A DNA stretch of 64,000 nucleotides, taken from Paraspadella gotoi. Lineage: Eukaryota > Animalia > Chaetognatha. Of this stretch, positions 54,301-64,000 are shown piece after piece. Location of the stretch: the NCBI GenBank assembly GCA_051294375.1, contig CM119263.1, positions 24,494,187 through 24,558,186 on the forward strand. The letters are read 5' to 3'. Each line of letters starts with the position of its first letter. Position 1 is the stretch's first letter. Below the pieces are notes generated by a model that saw only the letters and a list, made by a program, of their open reading frames with translations, did not search any database and was not told the origin of the DNA. A program made the position numbers and the translations under genes.

Positions 54301-55054
54301 AGGGGCAAGATAGCTTATTTATTAAAATGAATGGATAATTTTTATATTGGTTTGTACCAATTTCATAAAATTCAGCTCCTTGTATTTTGATGCTAGTGCG
54401 GAAGTACAATAAGTATTCCCCGATCTAATACTTAAGGGAGTGGTCTTTTCATACAAATTGAAACATTCTTTGAATATTATACCACTTCATTGATAGGGAA
54501 GCCAGGTACTCTGGGAGTGAATAAACGAGACTGTGAGAGAGATCTTGATTGAAAGCTTGCAGGGACCTGCTATGTTCATTATCTTGTAAGAGTGATCGGA
54601 GGCCTTAAACCACACAAAGCTGTCCACAAGTCAGGGGCAAGATACCTTAGTTAAATGGAATTTTTATTAAATGAATGGATAATTTTTATATTGGTTGTAC
54701 CAATTTCATAAATGAATCACAGCGACAGTAACCGCGACAATTTTATTTTCCATTATAGTTCATGGTACTTATTTTAGGAATGCTATTATTAAATGCTAGT
54801 ATTAAACAAAGAACATGCAGATTTTAAGGAGAAAGAAACGTTTACTCTCACCTCTTCAATGATGTAATGAAGGGTAAAAGGATATTTCAGCTCTCGTGTG
54901 GCGTAAACTGTGAGCACGGCCAATACTTGATTGTCTTCAACCGATTCATCGCACGCGGTCTCGTCACCGTGTGTCGTCGTAAGAAAAGCGCCGGCCCGAA
55001 TGCGAGCCAAAAGCGACGCCGCGGCGAGTAAAACGGGTAATGCCGGTCCGAACA
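48000..55054 (-). CDS. Receptor-type (membrane) guanylyl cyclase, natriuretic-peptide-receptor-like, spliced gene with atypical catalytic domain; start codon lies in or beyond the N gap at 55055-55225
   Basis: Domain order is signal peptide (LPVLLAAASLLARIRAGA), ANF-receptor-type ectodomain (YPFTL, DILKRFEWHRA, GEYVFIDV, NGD), juxtamembrane WPPDRPVCG..CP, TM helix (LTTILVVFFVFVVVLSIF), kinase-homology domain (VALK, TEYCPRGS, HGKLRSTNC, LLWVAPELLR, GDVYSYGIILHE, CWAERPEIRP), coiled coil (LLNEMLPENVA) and cyclase (KMETIGDMY, RFGIHSG, NLASRMES, VHVKG). Exons with GT/AG ends: <=55054-54852, 53675-53538, ~53406-52491, 52282-52215, 51997-51383, 50855-50312, 49815-48779, 48269-48000. Phases are consistent from 52491 onward. 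Confidence 0.95.
48315..48487. mobile_element. Solo LTR (173 bp) in the last cyclase intron
   Basis: Ends TGTGGC...GCCACA (6-bp inverted repeat); flanked by 4-bp direct repeat AAAC (48311-14 and 48488-91); GC-rich in AT-rich context. Confidence 0.7.
48779..49815 (-). CDS. Guanylyl cyclase exon: kinase-homology C-lobe, dimerisation helix and the whole cyclase domain
   Basis: 1037 nt open; TACAG|GAGAC acceptor and AAG|GTCGAG donor; class III cyclase motifs. Confidence 0.96.
50135..50174. repeat. Perfect 40-bp palindrome in a cyclase intron
   Basis: GACTTCAGCAACGAGATTTT|AAAATCTCGTTGCTGAAGTC. Confidence 0.97.
50312..50855 (-). CDS. Guanylyl cyclase kinase-homology-domain exon
   Basis: VALK...TEYCPRGS...HGKLRSTNCL...LLWVAPELLR; AAG| acceptor and GAAG|GTAAA donor. 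Confidence 0.95.
50867..51199. repeat. (GAAT)n microsatellite in a cyclase intron
   Basis: ~330 bp of GAAT/GAAG units directly next to the acceptor at 50856. Confidence 0.97.
51383..51997 (-). CDS. Guanylyl cyclase exon: ectodomain end, transmembrane helix, juxtamembrane region
   Basis: 615 nt open; TTTAG| acceptor and AAG|GTAAG donor; WPPDRPVCGIGDANCP plus hydrophobic TM. Confidence 0.92.
52215..52282 (-). CDS. Guanylyl cyclase 68-nt ectodomain exon
   Basis: Long poly-T then CAG| acceptor and ACG|GTAAC donor; restores phase 1 to phase 0 (GHDLQFGAWFHQIAGDFFYFTPT). Confidence 0.75.
52491..53406 (-). CDS. Guanylyl cyclase ectodomain exon (5' ~270 nt frameshifted, probably read errors)
   Basis: ORF MARIVFDILKRFEWHRAAFLF...EAGFMDRGEYVFIDV; acceptor TTTTCTAG at 53407-8; donor AACG|GTAAAT at 52490. 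Confidence 0.85.
53538..53675 (-). CDS. Guanylyl cyclase ectodomain exon (contains apparent indel errors)
   Basis: Acceptor TTCAG| and donor AAG|GTCAG; fragments AVNFSQKYYL and IIRDSA(C) resemble the D-S-x-C motif of ANF-receptor domains; frameshifts are needed to read through. Confidence 0.5.
54244..54712 (+). mobile_element. Dispersed repeat family locus 3: partial tandem (pseudo-LTR-like) insertion in cyclase intron 1
   Basis: 54244-54368 duplicates the last ~125 nt of the 54369-54712 copy; partial-tandem structure is typical of Penelope-like elements. Confidence 0.75.
54852..55054 (-). CDS. Guanylyl cyclase first visible coding exon (signal peptide and ectodomain start)
   Basis: Open frame FGPALPVLLAAASLLARIRAGA...KYPFTLHYIIEE followed by donor GAG|GTGAGA at 54851. 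Confidence 0.75.
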
Positions 55055-55833
55055 NNNNNNNNNNNNNNNNNNNNNNNNNNNNNNNNNNNNNNNNNNNNNN
55101 NNNNNNNNNNNNNNNNNNNNNNNNNNNNNNNNNNNNNNNNNNNNNNNNNNNNNNNNNNNNNNNNNNNNNNNNNNNNNNNNNNNNNNNNNNNNNNNNNNNN
55201 NNNNNNNNNNNNNNNNNNNNNNNNNGTCTCCGAGAACGAGCCGTTCTCTAAGATCAGAATCTATGTAATCAAAGCTTCGTTACTTCGTTACTTCGTTATC
55301 GATTTTTGTCTCGGAGTGGGAGAATAGGGCGGAGGGTAGAGATCGTAAGATAAGAGGAAAGTTTAAAAAGTAAAAATGGAGAAATAGAGAGGGAGATATG
55401 TGGACTCCTTCTCGCTCTCGCTNNNNNNNNNNNNNNNNNNNNNNNNNNNNNNNNNNNNNNNNNNNNNNNNNNNNNNNNNNNNNNNNNNNNNNNNNNNNNN
55501 NNNNNNNNNNNNNNNNNNNNNNNNNNNNNNNNNNNNNNNNNNNNNNNNNNNNNNNNNNNNNNNNNNNNNNNNNNNNNNNNNNNNNNNNNNNNNNNNNNNN
55601 NNNCTAAATTAAAATGAGAAATAAAAAGAATCTGGAACCGAATGACGCGAGTAAAACATCCGGGGGCGACAAGTATTTAATTGGTTTATCGTCTTCTCCG
55701 AAAAAAAACGAAGAGAAAAACGAAAAGATTGAAATTTGAATTTTTATTTTCGGATATGAGATTTTCGAGAAAAACAATGGGAAGGGAGAGAGAGAAAAAA
55801 AAATTCCATTTTTACGCTTTTTCGCCCTGGAAT

Positions 55834-55874
<41 letters not shown>

Positions 55875-57672
55875 AACGACGACGACGACGACGACGATGA
55901 AAAATAACAAAAAGAAGAAGAAGAAAAAAAAACAAAAGATGGTGAAAACCCGGCCGTCGACGACGACGACGAGGTGAACGAAAAATGCAAATGGCGACCC
56001 TCATAAAAATTCCAACGGAAAATTAAGACGAAGGAATCTTTTCGGCGAAAAAAGGGAGAAAACCGGAAGGGAAGAACGTTAATTCAAATTAAGGGGTCAC
56101 GACAGTGACAGGCGAGACTCCCGGGAGAGGGGCGACGGAGGTGGCGTGGGGGGTGGGTAGGGTAGCGGTAGCGGTAGGATAAGAAGAGGCGGGTGAGCGG
56201 GTGGAACTCGGGGATTAAGGATCGAAAGGGGAAATGGATTCAAAGGGAGAATAGAGAAAAATTAGGCGAAAGGAAAGGAAAGGAAGATCGTTTTAGGTTT
56301 TAGTGTAAAGGGGAAAAAAAGGATGGCACGATTCGGGGAAAAGGAGATGGGGGGGGTGGAGTTACCGCTCCACGGAAAAGCCCTGAGTGTAACAGATGAT
56401 TTTTTGATGCCGGAACGATGCCAGCAACGCTTTACGCCTCCCGACGCTTAAAGGGGAAAACTCGACGATCCATAATAATCAAGAGGCGGGACTTTAACCA
56501 TCTTTAATCTTTGCAAGTTCGGGGTTTCTCCCTGGAGTTGGTTGGGAAAGGGGGACTGTTGGAGAGGGACTTGGGGAAGAGCCAGGTTTTCCTTATCACC
56601 CCATCGACCAATCCATCTCTTTTTATAAGCCTCTGATCATCAACAATATATTTTTAGATCGGGGTGTGAGTAAAAAAATAAAAAAGTAAAAAAAAATCGG
56701 TTTATGAATTATCGACGCCAAAATGGCGGGAGATAGTTTTTGTAACGAAATTTATTAAATATGTAATTATTTTGAAATATAATATATAAAGTACCGACGC
56801 AGATAGAACAGGCCGTCTCAAAACTGAAGTAAAGTAACGATGTTAAAATTTTTGGAAAAACGATAAAAAAATGAGCGTCAATCATCAACCACCAAAAAAT
56901 GTTTATAAATCGATATTTTGTTCAGTTGTTAAATTAAAATCACAAGTATTTATTTTCGATAGGCTCGAAGTTACTTTCGAAAATCGAACCAAAGCAATCA
57001 AATTTTTTCATAAGTATTTTAATTGTTTATCCGTCATATTTTTATTTTTATCACAATGTTTATCACAACGTTACCACTTCACAACCCCCCAATCCCCAAA
57101 TCATTTCCTTCCATCTCCTTCCATCTCCTTCCATCTCCTTCCATCGCACCCATCCTCGAAAACCTCGAGCCGGTCTCCACTCTCGACGCCCAAGACAAAA
57201 GACTTCATCATTTTCAATCTCTTTTTTTTTGTGTGTGTGTGTGTGTGTGTGAGGAGTGGAGGTGTGGGGATGGATGGATGGGTGGGGGAAACTCGAGAGC
57301 CGGGTCGGGAAACGACGATGGGCGGGCGCCGACTTGTTAGCTCCGAGACCCCCCTCGCTTCGAAATTGGGACGGGTAATAAATTTTCTAGGTTGGAAAAA
57401 AAAATTGAATTATGGGTAATAATGGTGAAATATAAGGAGTATGAGGATAGAGAGATAAAGAGGGGGAGAGGGGGNNNNNNNNNNNNNNNNNNNNNNNNNN
57501 NNNNNNNNNNNNNNNNNNNNNNNNNNNNNNNNNNNNNNNNNNNNNNNNNNNNNNNNNNNNNNNNNNNNNNNNNNNNNNNNNNNNNNNNNNNNNNNNNNNN
57601 NNNNNNNNNNNNNNNNNNNNNNNNNNNNNNNNNNNNNNNNNNNNNNNNNNNNNNNNNNNNNNNNNNNNNNNN

Positions 57673-57707
<35 letters not shown>

Positions 57708-58862
57708 GAAAGTAAAATTTTCGTGAGAGGTGAGAGGTCGACAATCTAAAAAACGATCTTTCGTTTTTAATAATATATTAAATCGCATATGAGTTTCGTT
57801 TTCAAGTATTGAATTAGTCAAATTCTCACAATATCGNNNNNNNNNNNNNNNNNNNNNNNNNNNNNNNNNNNNNNNNNNNNNNNNNNNNNNNNNNNNNNNN
57901 NNNNNNNNNNNNNNNNNNNNNNNNNNNNNNNNNNNNNNNNNNNNNNNNNNNNNNNNNNNNNNNNNNNNNNNNNNNNNNNNNNNNNNNNNNNNNNNNNNNN
58001 NNNNNNNNNNNNNNNNNNNNNNNNNNNNNNNNNNNNNNNNNNNNNNNNNNNNNNNNNNNNNNNNNNNNNNNNNNNNNNNNNNNNNNNNNNNNNNNNNNNN
58101 NNNNNNNNNNNNNNNNNNNNNNNNNNNNNNNNNNNNNNNNNNNNNNNNNNNNNNAGTGGCCGGGGGGAAATTCGAGTTATGGAATAAGCGAAGAAAAAAG
58201 AGAAGAGAAAGGCGGCGAGAAAATGGGAAAGAAAGAAAATAAGCGAGAAAAGAAGCGGGAAAACACAATTCCATCCCGGTCGACGGAAAGAGTCGAGGCG
58301 AGACGCTAAGTAAGAGTCGACGCAATAAGAAACCTTTTACCTTTCCGAGTTGCGCCGCCGCCGCCGCCGCCGCCGCCGCCTCAAATGGGAAAATCCGCTT
58401 CCTCGCCGCCGCCGCCGCCGCTGCCTCCGCCACTGAAGAGTCAAGACCGCGACCAGGGAACACTTTTTAAAACGAATCGCTCGCTTGCTGTAATTGCAAT
58501 GGGACTCCCAAAGTCAGACATGTTTTCGCAGGAGGAAAGGAGAAAAGATGATAGGGGAGTGAGGAAAGAGGAAAGGTTAAGATTAAGGAAAGGGAATGAA
58601 GAAAGATAAAGATAAATAAGATAGTGAGGGAAAGAGAAAGAAGATTATATTATCGAGTGTATGAAAGTAACAAATAGAGAAAGAGCGTTTGGAAAACATT
58701 CCAAACCCAGAGGCCCAAACGCACCGTACGAACGCAATGAAGCTGAACTTTATTTGTGGAAGAGGAAAGAGAAGCTAGACGGAGGAGGAAGAGGATCAAA
58801 CTAGAAGATTTAAATCAACCGAAGGTGGAGAGAGAGAGAAGTAGAGAGAGAGAAGAGAAGAG

Positions 58863-58902
<40 letters not shown>

Positions 58903-61900
58903 AGGAGAGCCGATAAGAGGTCATGGCTTTCGGCGAATGGTGAGGGCGGACTCTTTGGAAGACAAGTTTTTTCGGCCGCTCTCATTTTCGCGCTCGTTTC
59001 TTGAGCGCTCCCTCCGCCCCCGTGTTGTTCCGCCCCCGCGGTCTTTTCCATTTCTAACTCCCTCCCTCCTCCTCCTCTTCCTCTTCCTCCTCCTCCTCCT
59101 TCAGACCATCAGACCGCGCCCCTTCGTTTTCGCTTCGTTAACTTCGCCATCCTTCCATATTTTCCTTCTCGCTGGAGGAAAGAAAAGGAGGAGAAAATGA
59201 AAAGGTGAGGAAAAAAAAGGAAAGAATGAAGAGGAGGCGGGGGGGCGGTCGAGGATGAGTCGGGAGGACGAGGGAGGGAGGGAAGAAAGTAAGTTAAGCG
59301 ATAGGATGAGCGGGGGAAGAAATGAGAAGTAGACAATGGGTAATTGAAAAAAAAAAAGAGAGTCGGTTCTTGAGCGGAGAAGATGAAAGAAAATCAGAGG
59401 TCGAGAGAAAAACTTTTTTTGGAGATAGAGAAGAAAAAGATGTGTCTTAGTCCCTCAGTTAAACTTAAAGAAAGATATAGTTTGTTCTCACTGATTTCAG
59501 TAAAAATATATCAACCGAGCATTTCTTTATTCTCGTTCACCTCCTCGCCGCTATCTCGACCAATCAGCGTCTCTCTTTCTCAGCCAATCGGCGTCGTCCG
59601 ACCGTCGTCGACCCCGTCGCCCCCTCCGGTTGTTTGTCTAACTTTCAATTTTCCATTTAAATCCCGTTTCGACTTGATTTGACTTTTCTTGATCCTTTCA
59701 AAGGCGGCGGCGCCGGCGCTGGCGGAGCGAAACGGGGACTCGAGCGGCGGCGTCGTTTCCTACCCCCATTTTAAATCCCTTTTCCACCCGAGAACACCCA
59801 TCCCTTCCACGCCGGATATTGCCTCCCGTTTGTCGTTGGGGTCAGCGGCGAACGGCGGCTATAAAAACAATTTTTTTTTGCATTTTTTGTTTTAGATTTG
59901 GTTTCTCCGCTTTTTTTTTCTTATTTCTTTTGTTTCAGTTGTTTTTTTTTCCTGGCAACGGAACGGAAACGGGAAACGTGAAGGCGTGACGACGCTTTTT
60001 ATGAGATTTATATTCGGTTTTATTCTATTTGTATCAATAAGTATGTTTTACTTTTATTAGTATTATTTTATGTAGGGTAGAAACCAAAGGTGAAAATGTC
60101 AATTATAATTTTTTCCTAAATTTTACATTCACTCAATTCGAGGGGCATTTATAAAAAAAAACGTTTATTTTCGGGATCACTTTCTTACATATTTCTTACA
60201 TATTTGTACATATTGCACAGCAATCCCTTTCTCTCAATCAGACCGCCCCAAAACGTCCGACCTTCCATATTTCCATTGTTATGATGCGAAAACTCGCCGC
60301 GGTGAAAAAAAAGAGAGAAGGTTTCAGTTTTGGGCAAAAGAGTTGATTTGTTTTGGTTCCTCGTTTAATCGAGATAAATATGCGTTGCTTAACCCGAGAC
60401 TCGTCGAAGAAAGAAAAGTGTTTAGACCGGAAGAAGAGGCGGCGGGTTCTTTGTTGTATCGAGCTGGAAGTCGGGCCGTGGCGACGGGGAACCGACGACG
60501 ACGAACGGACGACGATGCGAACCGACGAACGAAGTGTTTGGGGGTTGTCGAAAGTCAATCTTTTCCCCCGGGGCTCTACCAACCCGAGGAAACTGCCTTC
60601 CGTCAGTCGAAATCTTAGAGAGGCCGGCTAACAAGCGCCATAAAAGAGCCACTAACCACGCAGGAAGAGGAAACNNNNNNNNNNNNNNNNNNNNNNNNNN
60701 NNNNNNNNNNNNNNNNNNNNNNNNNNNNNNNNNNNNNNNNNNNNNNNNNNNNNNNNNNNNNNNNNNNNNNNNNNNNNNNNNNNNNNNNNNNNNNNNNNNN
60801 NNNNNNNNNNNNNNNNNNNNNNNNNNNNNNNNNNNNNTGGGGCTCCGAGAGAATTAATTAATTAATGCATTCAAGATTTGATCTTTGGATTATGTCATAG
60901 TCTATGACAATATATTTTTAGGCTATAGGTTGAAACTTTTCTTCTCATGATAATACTTTTTTTTTAAAGATTCTAATTTGTTTTTTTCGCGCCTCTCGTC
61001 CTCGCGTAGTCATGTGATCTCTCTGAAATGCGACTAGGGAATAAGATAGTCTCTGCGGCGCGAAAATTTTAAATTGCTGTTTCTTGTTATATGTCATTAA
61101 ATTTCACTTGTATTACAGTCCTTCCTCCTTAACTAATAACCATTCCTATTGTTTAATACAATTACATATATTAAATGTCAAATGTAAGGAAATAAAATCG
61201 GATATCGACCATTACTAACGTTAGTTTTAGTTTTAGCATTAGTTTTCATGAAGACAGAGTCGTCGCTTTCGATCCACTCTTTCTTTTTTCTTCTCTTCCT
61301 TCTTCCTCCTTCTTTGTTTTTTCTTCTCTTCCTTCTTCCTCCTTCCTATTTTTCTTTTTCTTTATCCCACCCGTCGTTCCCGCTTCCTTTTCTCATCGTC
61401 CTAAATTTCATTTCCCACTCGTTTCCCTTTTTTTTCCCCTTTTCCCATTTCCCATTTNNNNNNNNNNNNNNNNNNNNNNNNNNNNNNNNNNNNNNNNNNN
61501 NNNNNNNNNNNNNNNNNNNNNNNNNNNNNNNNNNNNNNNNNNNNNNNNNNNNNNNNNNNNNNNNNNNNNNNNNNNNNNNNNNNNNNNNNNNNNNNNNNNN
61601 NNNNNNNNNNNNNNNNNNNNNNNNNNNNNNNNNNNNNNNNNNNNNNNNNNNNNNNNNNNNNNNNNNNNNNNNNNNNNNNNNNNNNNNNNNNNNNNNNNNN
61701 NNNNNNNNNNNNNNNNNNNNNNNNNNNNNNNNNNNNNNNNNNNNNNNNNNNNNNNNNNNNNNNNNNNNNNNNNNNNNNNNNNNACAGCAGCTGCGGCGGC
61801 GCGGCGTGGTCTAGCGTGCAAGAACGTGCGAGAGAGAGAAGGATAGAGAGAGAGAGGAGAGAGAGAGAAGAGAGAGAAAGAGAGAGGAGAGAGAAAGAGA

Positions 61901-63008
61901 TGAGAGAGAGATGAGAGAGAAGAGATTGGTGATTTCTCCAGTTAAGCTACACTGGTCTTCTCAGTTCGCCCAAATCTTATTGTGATGAATGAGATTTTCA
62001 CTTAACGATTTAACCTACATCAGCTCACCTCTCCCCACCAAAAAAGAAATTGGGTCACTCAACTCGGTCGAGTTTCGCTAGGAGAGGACGAACGATTGAA
62101 ATATAGCGTAAGTCTTCTCTCCATTCGTCTCTCTCTCTTTTCTCTCTCTCTCGATTGTATCTTCTCATCATTCTTACTCTCTTTCTCTTCTCTCTCTTGC
62201 TCTTTCTCTCTGCTCTCTTCTCTCTTCTCCCTCTCTTTCTCTCTTCTCTCTCGCATTCTATTCTCTTCTCTTTCTTTTCTCTCTTCTCTCTCTCTCTACT
62301 TCTTTCATTTCTCTCTCTCTCTCTCTCATTCTACTCTCTCTCTTCTCTCTGTCTCTGCTTCGCTCTTCCTCATCTTTCTCATCTCTCTGCTCTCGTCATT
62401 CTCTCTTCTCCCCGCCTATGGAAGTAAGGACGGAGAAAGATTGCGAATCTCTCGTTAAGACAAATGACGGGAGAAGAGCTTTAAGACGAAACCTTTGGCG
62501 CCGCGAGCGTCGGGCGCCAACGACGCCGGCTTTCCGGTAATGAGACGCAAATTGATTCGTCACTTTGAAATTTACCCAATTTTCCTCCTTTCCTCAGACT
62601 GTTTTTTTTTTTCGCTGGAGGCTGTTTTTTCTAGCTCCGACTCTATCTCTCTCGTTCCCGTTTCACAGCCTTACCCTCTCTCTCTCTCTCTCCCCACCCT
62701 CTCCCTCTCAATCTTTCTCTTTCTCCCTCTCCGGGTCCCCACAAATGAGTTCTAGACAAGTCGGTGATGAATAGCGGCCATAAAACGCGGCAAACAACGT
62801 CTCGGTCCTCGGCTGCAGGATTTAATGGAAGAAAACATTTTGGGAGGCAGCCGAGCAAAAAATTCCCCCCAATCTTCTCTCCTTCTCTCAGCCCCGCCCC
62901 CGGCGACCCCCCCCTTATCGTCTTACCAGTCACAGAGTCTCCTTATTAACCAGAGTATTGTCACATTATTTCTTAACATTTCTCATTTCACTGGCTTTCA
63001 ATAGTATA

Positions 63009-63154
63009 TATGAAATTGCGACGAACAATATAAAAAATTTTCCATTCTTTGAAAAGATAAACTTCTCCCGTCTTTGGATAGGGTATGGCAGGTTGAGGCC
63101 TGCATCCAAGTTGAGAACATACCCCGACCCTGCATGCTTTCAATCAAGACTGTC
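63009..63154 (-). mobile_element. Diverged subfamily copy of the same dispersed repeat
   Basis: Colinear with 9958-10114 (TATGAAATTG, CAATATAAAAA, TCCATTC, CTTTGGA, AGGCCT, CCCTGCAnGCTTTCAATCAAGACT) with many substitutions. Confidence 0.7.
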
Positions 63155-64000
63155 TTTTTCTCTAGTTCATAAACTCTTATGATATCAAGGAGGTAAGGTA
63201 AATATGGTAGATGTGATAATATGGTAATTGAATATGGTAAATTTGGTATAGTGAAAGGACTTTCGTTTCGTTGCGTTTTTAAATTGAGAGAGAAAACAAA
63301 GTTTGTTTTTGTTTACAAACAACGAAGTTTATTTCTTTAAATGGACAATTGGAAAATGTTTCGACTCTTTTTCGAGTCTTCATCAGTGTAAATATGGTAA
63401 ATATAGTAAATATGGTAAATACTATATTATACTCCGCACAATGTTAGTTTACTCTTTCTTTACTCTCCCCTACTCACTCAACCCTCATGCCACTTTCACT
63501 CCCCTATCCTCTTTCCTATCTCTTTTAACCCCAACGACGAATCCCTTAGCAACTCCCTACTGATTGCTCACAACACCCCGGGCTTGCCTTTCCACTCCAC
63601 ACTAAATAAAGACCGGACGGCGTTTTCCATCCACCTTTGCTAAATAGTAGTTGTTATTTATGTTGTCGATGTTGTTTATAGAATCAGACGAACGAAAGAG
63701 ATTTAAACTCAATAGTCAATACTTCTCTATGTGTTAAATACATATATAACTTCGTATTCGAACTCGATCAAGTGCGGAAAGAATAACATCTTCGTCTCAT
63801 CACTATTTCGTTTTCAATTTCCGTTTTCAGGGCGACCTACTTTTTCGTCCATTCGTCACTTACCCTCGTTCGACATAGCGACGTCCGTAATCGCTCGTCC
63901 TACATTTCGCTACATTTGCGCACAATTTCGTATTTGCCCAATGTCATTGTTCGTTGCTCCCTTACCTTAACCTATCCCAACTCTCGCTATCAACTCGGGT

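Overview
Eukaryotic (invertebrate animal-like) genomic DNA from a gappy draft assembly. It has many N runs, abundant (AG)n and (GAC)n microsatellites, and some indel-rich stretches that look like uncorrected long-read gap fill. The only host gene I can support is an 8-exon, minus-strand receptor-type (transmembrane) guanylyl cyclase at ~48.0-55.1 kb. Its cyclase domain has lost the first metal-binding Asp (SDI->AKI) and the guanine-specifying Cys but keeps Glu/Asp/Asn/Arg, so it looks like a half-site or pseudo-cyclase. The centre of the window (20.5-36.1 kb) is a large inverted duplication whose arms carry reciprocal insertions. The right arm holds a complete 5.56-kb Gypsy (CsRn1-like, tRNA-Trp PBS) LTR retrotransposon and the left arm a 3-kb Helentron/DINE-1-like element; each empty site is visible in the other arm. 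This may be two haplotypes joined by the assembler. Also present: four loci of a 5'-truncated Penelope-like repeat with a conserved hammerhead-like motif, a 173-bp solo LTR, a tRNA-Gly-derived SINE head, a 40-bp minisatellite and two palindromes. No CRISPR array, rRNA or functional tRNA is seen. Most ORF-track entries are microsatellite or N artefacts.
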